A stretch of 64,000 nucleotides of DNA, taken from Acholeplasmatales bacterium (lineage in GTDB: Bacteria > Bacillota_I > Bacilli_A > Acholeplasmatales > Anaeroplasmataceae). The notes under the pieces are model-generated. The model searched no databases, was not told the origin of the DNA, and worked only from the letters and a program-made list of their open reading frames with translations. The stretch lies in assembly GCA_017454375.1 (NCBI GenBank), contig JAFTDB010000033.1, positions 170,967 to 234,966 on the forward strand. Direction: 5' to 3'. This document shows positions 28,595 through 39,803 of the stretch, in pieces; within the stretch, counting starts at the first letter, position 1; the number at the start of each line of letters is the position of its first letter. The translations under genes were made by a program, and so were the position numbers.

Positions 28595-28682
28595 TGTCCC
28601 ATGTTTGTCCCATCTTATATGATAAGATGATATACGTATAAGAAGTCTTTATACAGAAATTTAAAGAAAAGAGGATAGAAGT

Positions 28683-31600
28683 ATGAAAAAATTTTTAATT
28701 CCAACATTAGCAGTACTTTCCTTGTTTGCTTTAGTATCCTGTGGTGAAAATGGACTTCCAACTGGATTAGTTACTACAACTCCTGGTGGAACTACACCAG
28801 GTACTACAACAACTACACAAACTACAACCACTGAAGTAAAAACCATTACTGAGGCTAACTTCAATGAGGTCGTAAAGAATTATGGCTTTTTAGGTCAAAA
28901 TGCCAATATTACTTACGATTTCGTTTTTACCCGTGGTGAACAATCTATTACTGGTTATATGAAGGCACAAAGTAATAAGTTTGAGCTAGACTATGGTCAA
29001 GGTGCATCATTCTTTGCAATAAGAACTGAAGGCAATGGCATTGTTCAAGATGATTATTACAAACCCCCTACTACAAATACTTATACAATAAGAACATCTC
29101 CATTTAGAGGTTATTATTATGACTTCGGCGAAATGGGCTTAGTATTTGATCGTCTTACATTTAATGACTTTGAATTTAAGACTGAAACTAATACTTATGA
29201 ATTAAAGTCAGCTAAGACATTTACTTATGAAGATGCAGGAACAATTACATTATCAGCAATTAAGTTCAAATTTGTAAATAATGTATTATTAAATATTGAT
29301 ATTACATATGCAATTGGTACAACTGATGTATCTGGACATGTAGTATTTACAGCTAAAAACGTAGGTACAACAACTATTACATTACCTACAGCTACATCTC
29401 CACAAGGTGGCGATACAAATCCAAATGCTATAACAGAGGAAAAGTTTGTTGAACTTATTAAAGGCCATGGTTTTATGGGACAAAAGGCCAATGCAACTTA
29501 TGACTATACTTTTACTATGGGTAGTGGAGATTCCTCTACTGGATATATAAAAGCTGATGCTGGTAAGTTTGAAATAGATTATGGCTATGGTCCATTTTTC
29601 CTTCAAATTAGAACTGAAGGAAATGGCATTGTTCAAGATGATTATAATAAAAGAGAAGGTGAGACTTCATATAGAAAGAATACATCTACCTTCAAGGGCT
29701 ATTTCTATAATTTTGGTGAATTAGGCTTATCTTTTGATCACCTAGAATTTGATGATTTTGAATTAGATTCAGAATCTAATGTTTATGAATTAAAAGAAAG
29801 TAAGAGTTTCACATATGAGCTCGGAACTATTACATTCCATTTTATAGAACTTCAATTTATAGACAATGTTCTAGTAAGTGCTGAAGTTTTATTCAAATTA
29901 AATGATGAAGAATCTATGAGCCATTCTGTATTTATAGCTAAAAATATAGGTACAACTACAGTTACATTACCAGCAGTTACACCTGCTCCTACTGATACAT
30001 ACGAGATATCAGAGACTGATTTTGCGGCTTTAATTACTAACGCAGGCTTCATTGGCCCACAAGCAAAAGCAACTTATTCATATACTTCAAGATCAGGTGA
30101 AAACACAAGCGAAGGTATAGTTGCATTTGATAATAACAAATTCTTAATCCGTAATCAACACGACATATATATGCATGTTAGAACTGAAGGCAATGGCTTA
30201 GTAGTTGATTCATATTCTAGTGGAGATGGTACTAACTGGTATACATCAACAGTTCCATTCCCTGGTTATTGGACATGTTTTGCAAGCTATGGATTATCAT
30301 TTAAAGATTTAACTTTTGAAGACTTCGAGTTTAATAGTAGTCAAAATAGATATGATTTAAAGGAAGCAGCTCGTATAGCTCTTACTCTTGGATCATCTGA
30401 AATGATTATTAATTATAATGAATTACATCTTCAAATTAAAAATGGTGTTTTAATTAATATTGAATTTATAGCTGATATAACTTTTAGTGGCGACCCAATG
30501 CATGTTGTTGCTACATATAATAAAACAGCTGATGCTATGACTGTTACGCTTCCAGAAATTCAGCAAGAAGAGGAGTGGACAGATTCTACATATACTGCAT
30601 TCGCTGCTGCATTTGAAGCAAAGGCAGCTGCACCATATAATAAGGTTGAAATGACTTATGCTGATCCAATGGGAAATATGGTTCGTCATAACTGTGTTGC
30701 AACATATGCTTTGGATGCTTGGACTGTTAATGAAGACCCTGATAATGTTGGTTGGTCTGATGATATGATGTATCTTATGTTTTTATCTGAAGAAGTATTA
30801 GAAAGTTATAGTGATGTCCCAAGCAATGTGACATTGAAATATGAGAAAAAAGGTGATTGCTTTAAAGTGACAATGACACAAATATATTCACCTAATACAG
30901 AAAACGAAAAAATAAGAGTAACAGTTACTGAATATGATAAATATTTTGCTATAAAATCAATGGTTGAAACAGAAAATGGTGAAGAAGTAATTTATTTATC
31001 ATGCAAGTGGTCTACAGTAGAAAATCCAACAGTTACATTAGTTGGAAACAGCTTTAAAGTTTTAGATTATCATATAGATGATATGACAGAAAAAGACAAA
31101 GGCTTTGCTGATGATTATATTAATTCAATAATTACAATTAATGAAGACAATACATTTGAGTGGTATATTCCAAACTTAATGCGTAGGGGAGAAGCTTTAG
31201 CATATGGTACTTGGACAGCAAATAATGATGGTACATATAGCTATACTCAAACAGGAGTTATAAATGGCGGTGAAAGACATGATATGCCTGAAGCAATTAG
31301 AAAAACATTTTCATTATCAATTACTGGAAATATATTAAAAATTGATAGTTCCTTAACTTATCCTGAAGGTAGCGGAGCTGCTGCTGTTGCAGTTGAGAAG
31401 GATGTATATTTATTGGCTGTTAAGGCATTAAAGGATTATTCTCCTGTTATATATAAAGAAGAAATAACATATGAACAATTAACTGCAGACTTTGAAAAAA
31501 GAGAATCATTACCTTATGATAAGGTTGATATTATTTATGCATTAAAAGAATCTACAGAAAATAAGCCTCTAGCACATGAGTTAGTTGGTGAACTTGTTGA

Positions 31601-31910
31601 TGATGCTTGGGTTATAACAGAAAATCCTGACGATTTAGGACAAGTAGAAAATTTTGTTAATGATTATATTATAACTGCAGAATATCTAGCAAAATTTAGT
31701 AATTTACCTTCTTATGTAACTCTAAAAATTGAAAAAGAAGGAAAAAAATATACTTTAACTGCAACTGTTACTACTCAAGAAAGAGTTGTAGTCACTATTG
31801 CAGAATTCAATGAGTATTTTGTAATTACTCACCAAACACAAAAAGCAAATAATGAAGTTGTAGGTGAAGCTCGTCTTAATTGGTCAGTAAAGGCTCCTGA
31901 AAGACAATAG
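28683..31910 (+). CDS. Large modular surface lipoprotein (1075 aa) with two kinds of internal repeat
   Basis: LVSC lipobox, Thr-rich linker, three repeats of about 190 aa (GF.G..A..TY...RTEGNG.V.D.Y...LTF.DFE...NvGTTTvTLP) and two repeats of about 150 aa (FE.....PY.KV...DAW...E.PD..G...E(Y/F)..YF.I). Confidence 0.88.
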   Translation: MKKFLIPTLAVLSLFALVSCGENGLPTGLVTTTPGGTTPGTTTTTQTTTTEVKTITEANFNEVVKNYGFLGQNANITYDFVFTRGEQSITGYMKAQSNKFELDYGQGASFFAIRTEGNGIVQDDYYKPPTTNTYTIRTSPFRGYYYDFGEMGLVFDRLTFNDFEFKTETNTYELKSAKTFTYEDAGTITLSAIKFKFVNNVLLNIDITYAIGTTDVSGHVVFTAKNVGTTTITLPTATSPQGGDTNPNAITEEKFVELIKGHGFMGQKANATYDYTFTMGSGDSSTGYIKADAGKFEIDYGYGPFFLQIRTEGNGIVQDDYNKREGETSYRKNTSTFKGYFYNFGELGLSFDHLEFDDFELDSESNVYELKESKSFTYELGTITFHFIELQFIDNVLVSAEVLFKLNDEESMSHSVFIAKNIGTTTVTLPAVTPAPTDTYEISETDFAALITNAGFIGPQAKATYSYTSRSGENTSEGIVAFDNNKFLIRNQHDIYMHVRTEGNGLVVDSYSSGDGTNWYTSTVPFPGYWTCFASYGLSFKDLTFEDFEFNSSQNRYDLKEAARIALTLGSSEMIINYNELHLQIKNGVLINIEFIADITFSGDPMHVVATYNKTADAMTVTLPEIQQEEEWTDSTYTAFAAAFEAKAAAPYNKVEMTYADPMGNMVRHNCVATYALDAWTVNEDPDNVGWSDDMMYLMFLSEEVLESYSDVPSNVTLKYEKKGDCFKVTMTQIYSPNTENEKIRVTVTEYDKYFAIKSMVETENGEEVIYLSCKWSTVENPTVTLVGNSFKVLDYHIDDMTEKDKGFADDYINSIITINEDNTFEWYIPNLMRRGEALAYGTWTANNDGTYSYTQTGVINGGERHDMPEAIRKTFSLSITGNILKIDSSLTYPEGSGAAAVAVEKDVYLLAVKALKDYSPVIYKEEITYEQLTADFEKRESLPYDKVDIIYALKESTENKPLAHELVGELVDDAWVITENPDDLGQVENFVNDYIITAEYLAKFSNLPSYVTLKIEKEGKKYTLTATVTTQERVVVTIAEFNEYFVITHQTQKANNEVVGEARLNWSVKAPERQ

Positions 31911-31920
31911 AAATAATATG

Positions 31921-31949
31921 CTCCTCACTTTGGTGGGGAGTTTTCTTTT
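31921..31949 (+). terminator. Intrinsic terminator
   Basis: CTCCTCAC-tttg-GTGGGGAG followed by TTTTCTTTT. Confidence 0.7.
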
Positions 31950-32029
31950 GGAAAAAATATCACAAAATATAAAAATAATTGTTGATTTATTTTATTCATT
32001 TAATTATAATATGCGCATAATATTAAAAT

Positions 32030-32281
32030 GACTATGAAGAGAAGAGTAGTAAATGAATTCTTTTTTAGAGAGCTTAGTTAGGTGAAAGTAAGCATTGATG
32101 AAGTTTATGAACATGGCCTCGGAGTTGCAACATCGATATTTAGGTGTTGACGCGCTTCGCACGTTATAGCGATAGAGTTTGTTAGAACTTGAAAATAGGC
32201 TGTATAGTATGTATACAGTGAAAAAGGTTGGTACCACGTGATTATTACATCTCGTCCTTATTTTAGGACGAGATTTTTTTT
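32030..32281 (+). ncRNA. T-box riboswitch, Met specifier
   Basis: Stem I with AGAGAGC and GGTGAAA motifs; specifier ATG at 32113-15; T-box AAGGTTGGTACCACG (32224-38); terminator ATCTCGTCCTTA...TAGGACGAGAT + T-tract; lies upstream of metNIQ. Confidence 0.92.
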
Positions 32282-32301
32282 ATTTTCTAGGAGGTAAAGA
32301 T

Positions 32302-33276
32302 ATGAATCCAATTATTGAAATTAAGAATCTTAATAAAAGCTTTGGTAGTAATCAAGTATTAAAAGATATCAATTTATCTATGGATAAAGGCGATATTTAT
32401 GGAATTCTTGGTTTATCTGGAGCAGGTAAATCTACATTAGTTAGATGTATCAATGGCCTTGAGAAATTTGATTCTGGTCAAATTTTATATAAAGGCAATG
32501 AAGTAGAGTTTGATACAAGCTACCGAATGTGTGTTTCAATGATTTTCCAACAATTCAATTTACTTCAACAAAGAAGTGTATTAAAGAATGTATTATTACC
32601 TGCAGAAATAGCTAAGAAGAAGGATCAAAAGGAAAAAGCAATCAAACTACTTAATTTAGTGGGCTTAGGTGATAAGCTAGATTCTTATCCATCACAGTTA
32701 TCTGGTGGTCAACAACAGCGTGTAGCAATCGCACGTGCACTTATGAATGATCCAGAGGTGCTTTTATGTGATGAGGCTACAAGTGCTCTAGACCCTGATA
32801 CAACAAATTCAATCTTAGATTTATTAAAGGATTTGAATTCAAGACTAGGTTTAACAATCATTATCATATCTCACCAAATGAGTGTGATTGAGTCTATTTG
32901 TAACAAGGTAGCAATCATAGATCATAGTCAAATCGCGGAAAATGGTAATCTTTATGATGTTTTCCTATCTCCTAAAAGTGAGATAGGTCATAAGCTTATT
33001 TATTCAAACCATTTACATACTAAATTAGATGAAAATAAGCTGATTAAATTAATATTTAATGGCGAAATAAATAAGCCAATTGTGGCTAACATCATAACTG
33101 ATTGTAATATCTTATTATCAATAGTTTATGCCGATTCTAAGGTAGTTGATGGTAAGGTATATGGTCAAATGATATTTAATTTACCATATTATGATAAGGA
33201 TATAACTAAATTAAAGAAATATTTAGATTTGAATAATCTAACTTATGAGGAGGTGGATACTAATGGACTTCAGTAA
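32302..33276 (+). CDS. metN: Methionine ABC transporter ATPase
   Basis: GLSGAGKST, LSGGQQQR and LLCDEATSALDP motifs; C-terminal NIL-like domain. Confidence 0.92.
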   Translation: MNPIIEIKNLNKSFGSNQVLKDINLSMDKGDIYGILGLSGAGKSTLVRCINGLEKFDSGQILYKGNEVEFDTSYRMCVSMIFQQFNLLQQRSVLKNVLLPAEIAKKKDQKEKAIKLLNLVGLGDKLDSYPSQLSGGQQQRVAIARALMNDPEVLLCDEATSALDPDTTNSILDLLKDLNSRLGLTIIIISHQMSVIESICNKVAIIDHSQIAENGNLYDVFLSPKSEIGHKLIYSNHLHTKLDENKLIKLIFNGEINKPIVANIITDCNILLSIVYADSKVVDGKVYGQMIFNLPYYDKDITKLKKYLDLNNLTYEEVDTNGLQ

Positions 33277-33937
33277 TATCATAAGATTAATATTTGAAAC
33301 CCTTGGTATGACATTAATATCTACAGCCTTAGCTTATTTAATTGGACTACCTATAGGTGTTTTGTTAAATGTAAGTAGTAAAAATGGTTTAAGACCTAAT
33401 AGGGCTTTAAACCTTGTTCTTGGAATTATCGTAAATATCTTACGTTCAATTCCATGCTTAATCATTGTAGTTATTTGTATGCCAGTTGTAAGAGGCATAT
33501 TCGGTACTGGTAGTGGACATTGGTATACAATGTTAGTTCCCCTATTTGTAGCATCATTTGGATTTGTTGCAAGAATGGTAGAACAGTCCCTATCTGAGGT
33601 ACCACAAGGTGAAATTGAAGCAGTTAGATCACTTGGGGCAACTGACTTTCAAATTATATATAAGGTTTTAATACCTGAAGCAAGATCATCACTATTAAAT
33701 GGACTTGCGGTGGTATTAGTATCAATTCTAGGCTATACATCATTTGCTTATAACATTGGTGCTGGTGGCTTAATTTCAGGTATTTGGGAATATTATGCTA
33801 GAAATACAGGCTCATATTTAGAATCACCATATTTCTGGGTATTAATTATAGTAGTTGTAGCTTTAGTTCAAATCATTCAGGAACTAGGCTTATATTTAGC
33901 AAAAAGAGTAGATAAAAGGAGAAGAGTATTAGAATGA
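33263..33937 (+). CDS. metI: Methionine ABC transporter permease
   Basis: ETLGMT, NILRSIP, ARMVEQSL.EV..G.IEA..S.GA and IGAGGL motifs. Confidence 0.92.
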   Translation: MDFSNIIRLIFETLGMTLISTALAYLIGLPIGVLLNVSSKNGLRPNRALNLVLGIIVNILRSIPCLIIVVICMPVVRGIFGTGSGHWYTMLVPLFVASFGFVARMVEQSLSEVPQGEIEAVRSLGATDFQIIYKVLIPEARSSLLNGLAVVLVSILGYTSFAYNIGAGGLISGIWEYYARNTGSYLESPYFWVLIIVVVALVQIIQELGLYLAKRVDKRRRVLE

Positions 33938-34767
33938 AAAAGTTAGCAATTTTAGGTTTAGGAATTACATGTTTATTATCATTAGTTGGTTGTGGAGGAA
34001 ATAATAGTAAAAAGATTACTGTTTGTGCATCACTTGAGCCACATGCAAATGTGCTAGAGAACGCAGTAAAGCCAATTTTAGAGGAAAAAGGATATACTTT
34101 AGTAGTAAAGGAATTAGACTGGACATTACAAAATGGTGCAGTTGCAGCAAAGGATTATGATGCAAATTATTTCCAACATATTCCATATTTAGAGAGTGGC
34201 GATTATAAGGATTCTTTAGTAGCTACATGTAAGGTTCATTATGAGCCACTAGGAATCTATAGAGGAAAGGCTACAGGAGATTTATCAACTGGTAAGACTT
34301 TCTCAATTTGTAATGATGTATCAAATGCAATTAGAGCTTTTGAGCTTTTAAAGGCTAAGGGTGTATTAGAAACAATACCTGTAAATGGCGATAAATTAAC
34401 ATTTACTGGTAATGAATATAAAAGTGGTGATATCACTGTTAAATTAGTTGCAGAAGAATTATTAGTAGCATCTAAAGCAGATTATGATTTCACTTGTCTT
34501 CCATGTAATACAGCAATTACTGGTAAGGTAACATCAGAGCTTCAAGTAGCAAAAGAAGATGATCCAGCACAAGTAGCTTTAAAAGCTAATATCCTAGCAG
34601 TAAGAAAAGCTGATTATTTAAATAATAAGGAATATAAAGAAAAGATTGATGTATTAACTGATGCCCTACTTAGTGAAACAGTTTCTACATATTTCAAAAC
34701 TAAATATTTAGGTGCAATGACTTGTGATTCATCAAGCCAAATTGACCTAAGAAGTTCAATTAAGTAG
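33934..34767 (+). CDS. metQ: MetQ/NlpA substrate-binding lipoprotein
   Basis: LVGC lipobox; PHA, DANYFQHIPYL and VHYEPLGIY motifs. Confidence 0.92.
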   Translation: MKKLAILGLGITCLLSLVGCGGNNSKKITVCASLEPHANVLENAVKPILEEKGYTLVVKELDWTLQNGAVAAKDYDANYFQHIPYLESGDYKDSLVATCKVHYEPLGIYRGKATGDLSTGKTFSICNDVSNAIRAFELLKAKGVLETIPVNGDKLTFTGNEYKSGDITVKLVAEELLVASKADYDFTCLPCNTAITGKVTSELQVAKEDDPAQVALKANILAVRKADYLNNKEYKEKIDVLTDALLSETVSTYFKTKYLGAMTCDSSSQIDLRSSIK

Positions 34768-34920
34768 TAAAAGACTCCATTTTATGGAGTTTTTTTTACG
34801 TTTTGTCAATGGATTATTGCACTAGAGTATTCATTTTGGTATAATATCCTTTGGTTGTGATTTATAATCTTTGATTATATACATTTCATAAATTTATAAA
34901 AAAGGAGATAAAAAAATAAT

Positions 34921-36591
34921 ATGAAACTTACACCACTTCAAATTGCAAGATATGAATATAAACCAAAATTACCTGGTATGTTAAGACATGGTATTGCACA
35001 AATCAGTGTAAAAGAAGGATTACCTACTGAATCAGTTGCTGATCAAGCTAAGATTAAGGCTTTATTCCCTAATACTTATGGTAAGAAAGAAATTACTTTC
35101 CAAAAAGGCACTAATACATCAGCTGCTAAGAAACAAGTAGTAGGTGTTATCCTATCTGGTGGTCAAGCACCTGGTGGACATAACGTAGTATGCGGCTTAT
35201 ATGATGCATTAAAGGCTACAAACAAAGAAAATGTATTAATTGGATTCTTAGGAGGCCCTTCTGGTCTTACTGACGACAAATATGTAGTATTTGATGATGC
35301 ATTTATCGACCAATATAGAAATACTGGTGGATTTGATATAATTGGTTCTGGTAGAACTAAACTTGAAACTGAAGAACAATTCAAGGTTGCTACTGAAGTT
35401 TGTAAAAAACATGGTATTACAGCTATCGTAATCATCGGCGGTGATGACTCTAATACAAATGCTGCAGTACTTGCTGAATATTTCGCAGCACACAAAACAG
35501 GTGTATCTGTAATTGGTTGCCCTAAGACTATCGATGGCGACTTAAAGAATGAAGATATCGAATGCTCATTTGGCTTCGATACAGCTACAAAGACTTATAG
35601 TGAATTAATCGGTAATATTGAAAGAGACTGTAACTCAGCTAAGAAATATTGGCATTTCGTTAAGGTTATGGGTAGAAGTGCTTCACACGTAGCACTAGAA
35701 TGTGCTTTAGAAACTCAACCTAACGTATGCTTAATTTCAGAAGAAGTTGCAGCTAAGAAGATGAGCTTATCACAAATTGCTAACAACATCGCTGACTCAG
35801 TTGCTGCAAGAGCTGCTAAGGGTATGAACTTCGGTGTTGCTATCATTCCTGAAGGCGTAGTTGAATTCGTTCCTGAATTCTCTAAATTAATCGCTGAAAT
35901 CAATGAATTACTTGCTGGTGCTAAGGCTGATGAATTCAATAAATTGGCTTCATGGGCAGAAAAATATGCATTCATTGAAAAAGGCTTATCTAAAGAATCA
36001 ATGCAAGTATTTGCAATTTTACCTCAAACTATTCAACAACAATTATTCCTAGAAAGAGATCCTCATGGTAACGTTCAAGTTTCATTAATTGAATCTGAAA
36101 AACTATTCTCTGCTCTAGTAAAAGATGTATTAGCTGATAGAAAAGCTAAAGGCTTATACAATGGTAAATTCTCACCATTACATCATTTCTTTGGTTATGA
36201 AGGAAGATGTGCATTCCCATCTAACTTTGATGCTGATTATTGCTATTCTCTAGGATATAACGCATTTATGTTAATCCAATATGGCTATAACGGATATCTA
36301 TCTAAGGTATCTAACCTATCTGCACCTGCAGAAGAATGGGTTGCTGGTGGTATGCCTATCACTAAGATGATGAACATTGAACGTCGTCATGGTGAAGATA
36401 AGCCAGTTATTAGAAAGGCTTTAGTTGAACTTGATGGTGCTCCATTCAAGTATTTCGAAGCTCATAGAAAAGAATGGGCAGAAAATACTTGCTACACATA
36501 TCCAGGTGCTATCCAATACTATGGACCAACTGAAGTATGTGACCTTACAACTAGAACTCTAGCTCTAGAAAAAGGTACTTTAAAAGACTAG
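34921..36591 (+). CDS. pfp: Pyrophosphate-dependent phosphofructokinase (long type)
   Basis: [16 protein letters not shown] and PKTIDGD (PPi-type residues), [18 protein letters not shown]. Confidence 0.95.
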   Translation: MKLTPLQIARYEYKPKLPGMLRHGIAQISVKEGLPTESVADQAKIKALFPNTYGKKEITFQKGTNTSAAKKQVVGVILSGGQAPGGHNVVCGLYDALKATNKENVLIGFLGGPSGLTDDKYVVFDDAFIDQYRNTGGFDIIGSGRTKLETEEQFKVATEVCKKHGITAIVIIGGDDSNTNAAVLAEYFAAHKTGVSVIGCPKTIDGDLKNEDIECSFGFDTATKTYSELIGNIERDCNSAKKYWHFVKVMGRSASHVALECALETQPNVCLISEEVAAKKMSLSQIANNIADSVAARAAKGMNFGVAIIPEGVVEFVPEFSKLIAEINELLAGAKADEFNKLASWAEKYAFIEKGLSKESMQVFAILPQTIQQQLFLERDPHGNVQVSLIESEKLFSALVKDVLADRKAKGLYNGKFSPLHHFFGYEGRCAFPSNFDADYCYSLGYNAFMLIQYGYNGYLSKVSNLSAPAEEWVAGGMPITKMMNIERRHGEDKPVIRKALVELDGAPFKYFEAHRKEWAENTCYTYPGAIQYYGPTEVCDLTTRTLALEKGTLKD

Positions 36592-36596
36592 TTATG

Positions 36597-36626
36597 AAAG
36601 CTCACTGAAAAAAGTGAGCTTTTTCT
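36597..36626 (+). terminator. Intrinsic terminator
   Basis: AAAGCTCACT-gaaaaa-AGTGAGCTTT followed by TT. Confidence 0.7.
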
Positions 36627-36666
36627 TGCATTAAGCCATTTTTAGTATTATAATCATAATCGCATA

Positions 36667-36816
36667 TAACTTCGGGGTTTGGTGAAATTCCATACCGGCG
36701 GTAAAGTCCGCGAGCTTAGGCATGAATAGGTGAAATTCCTATACCGACAGTAGAGTCTGGATGAGAGAAGAAAATAGCTTTTTTTGGCTACAATACCCCG
36801 CTTGGGGTATTTTTTT
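36667..36816 (+). ncRNA. FMN riboswitch (RFN element) with terminator
   Basis: CTTCGGGG..TGGTGAAATTCC.ACCGGCGGT.AAGTCCGCGA...GGTGAAATTCC..ACCGACAGT.GAGTCTGGATGAGAGAAG; terminator AATACCCC-gctt-GGGGTATT + T-tract. Confidence 0.95.
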
Positions 36817-36844
36817 CTGAAGAAATATGCATAAGGAGAATATT

Positions 36845-37753
36845 ATGGATAATTCAAAGAAAAAGTATTTAATTAATTTCATTGTTATCGCAGTCATAGG
36901 ACTTGCGATGATCATCACTGGTTTTATTATCGATAAGGTATCAAGAGATGCTTTTGAAGGTAGTTATTCACCAGCATGGTACATTTATGTACTAGAAATA
37001 GTAGGAGCATCTATCTTCCTACTTTCATTTGGTAATTTGCATTTTTATTTACAAAGTAAATACAATTTACGTAAAATGACTATCAAGCAGATGTCAGTAA
37101 TCGCTGTATTTAGTGCTTTATCAGTAATTTTGTATTATTTTGGTAAATTTAAATTACCAATCTTCCCTAGTTGGTTAGACATTCAATTTTCTGATGTTCC
37201 AGCCTTGATTATTTCATTTATGTATGGACCACTTTCTGGTATTTTAGCAATCGTAGCTAGATTTTTCTGTAAGTTACCTGGTACATCAACAGTAGGTGTT
37301 GGTGAATTAGCTGATTTATTGATTGGCTTTGCTTTAGTTATTACAGCAGGCTTAATTTATAAGAAGCATAGAAGCTTCAAAGGAGCCCTATGCGCTATGG
37401 CATTTGGTATGCTAGCAGGCACTGTAGTTGCTACCTTAGGTAACTGGATGATCCTAATTCCAGCCTACAAAGGCATCGCAGGATTCCCTCAAGCAGCCCT
37501 AACAGGAGCTATGGATACTATCATTAGTGGTAAACAAGGTGTTGTAACTGATGATAATTTTATGATATATTATTTATTCGTAGCAGTAATTCCATTTAAT
37601 GTATTTAGATATTCAATTGTTTTCATCATTACTCTACTGTTGTATAAGCATCTACATAAGCTAGTTATTTATTATGCTGGAAACATTAGAGATGAGAATT
37701 TAGTAAAAGATGAAGAATTTGATTCAGAGGAGTTTGAGCTACAAAAGGAGTAG
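36845..37753 (+). CDS. ribU: Riboflavin ECF S-component RibU with an N-terminal two-TM extension
   Basis: FPSWLDIQFSDVPALI...GP..G, VGELAD and IPFN motifs; downstream of the FMN riboswitch. Confidence 0.88.
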   Translation: MDNSKKKYLINFIVIAVIGLAMIITGFIIDKVSRDAFEGSYSPAWYIYVLEIVGASIFLLSFGNLHFYLQSKYNLRKMTIKQMSVIAVFSALSVILYYFGKFKLPIFPSWLDIQFSDVPALIISFMYGPLSGILAIVARFFCKLPGTSTVGVGELADLLIGFALVITAGLIYKKHRSFKGALCAMAFGMLAGTVVATLGNWMILIPAYKGIAGFPQAALTGAMDTIISGKQGVVTDDNFMIYYLFVAVIPFNVFRYSIVFIITLLLYKHLHKLVIYYAGNIRDENLVKDEEFDSEEFELQKE

Positions 37754-37757
37754 CATT

Positions 37758-38243
37758 ATGTTTAATATTGATAATTGGCATAAAAGAATTTATAAAGATG
37801 ATTTAGTTTATGTCCTAATTAATGCCTTTGCGGTAGTATTACTTGGTGGTATTATCGCTGGTAGTATTGATTATTTATTTTCACTTATAAAAGTTAATAT
37901 ATCTTTTGGGTTAATTATAATTACCTTACTTTTAGGTATTAGAATAAGAAAATCATATTATAATTTTCATATTCTATATCCAGTATTATCAATACCTTTC
38001 ATGATTTTAGCTATCTTTATTTCAACTTTAACAGAATGGGTATATCTACTTGGAATTCAAAACTTCTGTAATATATTATTAGATCCAGCATTCTATTTAA
38101 ACTTTGTTGAACAACCAGTATATTACGTTGTAAAAGCTTTTACTCCATTTGATGGATTATTATTAGCGTTAGGTATTGTAGATACACTAATTTATATTTG
38201 GTCATTTTATTTCTGTTATAGACTTGCTAAAGGAAATAATTAA
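37758..38243 (+). CDS. Hypothetical membrane protein
   Basis: AAGGAG RBS before ATG 37758; four hydrophobic segments. Confidence 0.72.
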   Translation: MFNIDNWHKRIYKDDLVYVLINAFAVVLLGGIIAGSIDYLFSLIKVNISFGLIIITLLLGIRIRKSYYNFHILYPVLSIPFMILAIFISTLTEWVYLLGIQNFCNILLDPAFYLNFVEQPVYYVVKAFTPFDGLLLALGIVDTLIYIWSFYFCYRLAKGNN

Positions 38244-38444
38244 AATTGTAAATATATCAGTTGATGAAGTAGAAAAGATATTAAACAAATAACAAAAGAC
38301 TGATGGTCAAAATAAACCATCAGTTTTTTCTTTTTAAAACGTTTTCAAGAATATAAAATATATTTTAGTATGATTTTTATAATAATTATTGTATAATTAT
38401 TGTTGGTAAAAAATATTTATAACAAAATTAATAAGGAGATGTAA

Positions 38445-39764
<1,320 letters not shown>

Positions 39765-39781
39765 TCTAAACTTACAAATTC

Positions 39782-39801
39782 GGAGCCTTCGGGCTCCTTT
39801 T
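39782..39801 (+). terminator. eno terminator, immediately 5' of the tRNA
   Basis: GGAGCC-ttcg-GGCTCC followed by TTTT. Confidence 0.75.
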
Positions 39802-39803
39802 GT

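Noticed and set aside
32009-32036. TGCGCATAA resembling the XerC arm of dif
   Set aside because: No XerD arm follows; the sequence lies in the promoter of the Met T-box leader.
32004-32237. 77-aa minus-strand ORF
   Set aside because: It is antisense to the Met T-box RNA and has no protein-like features.
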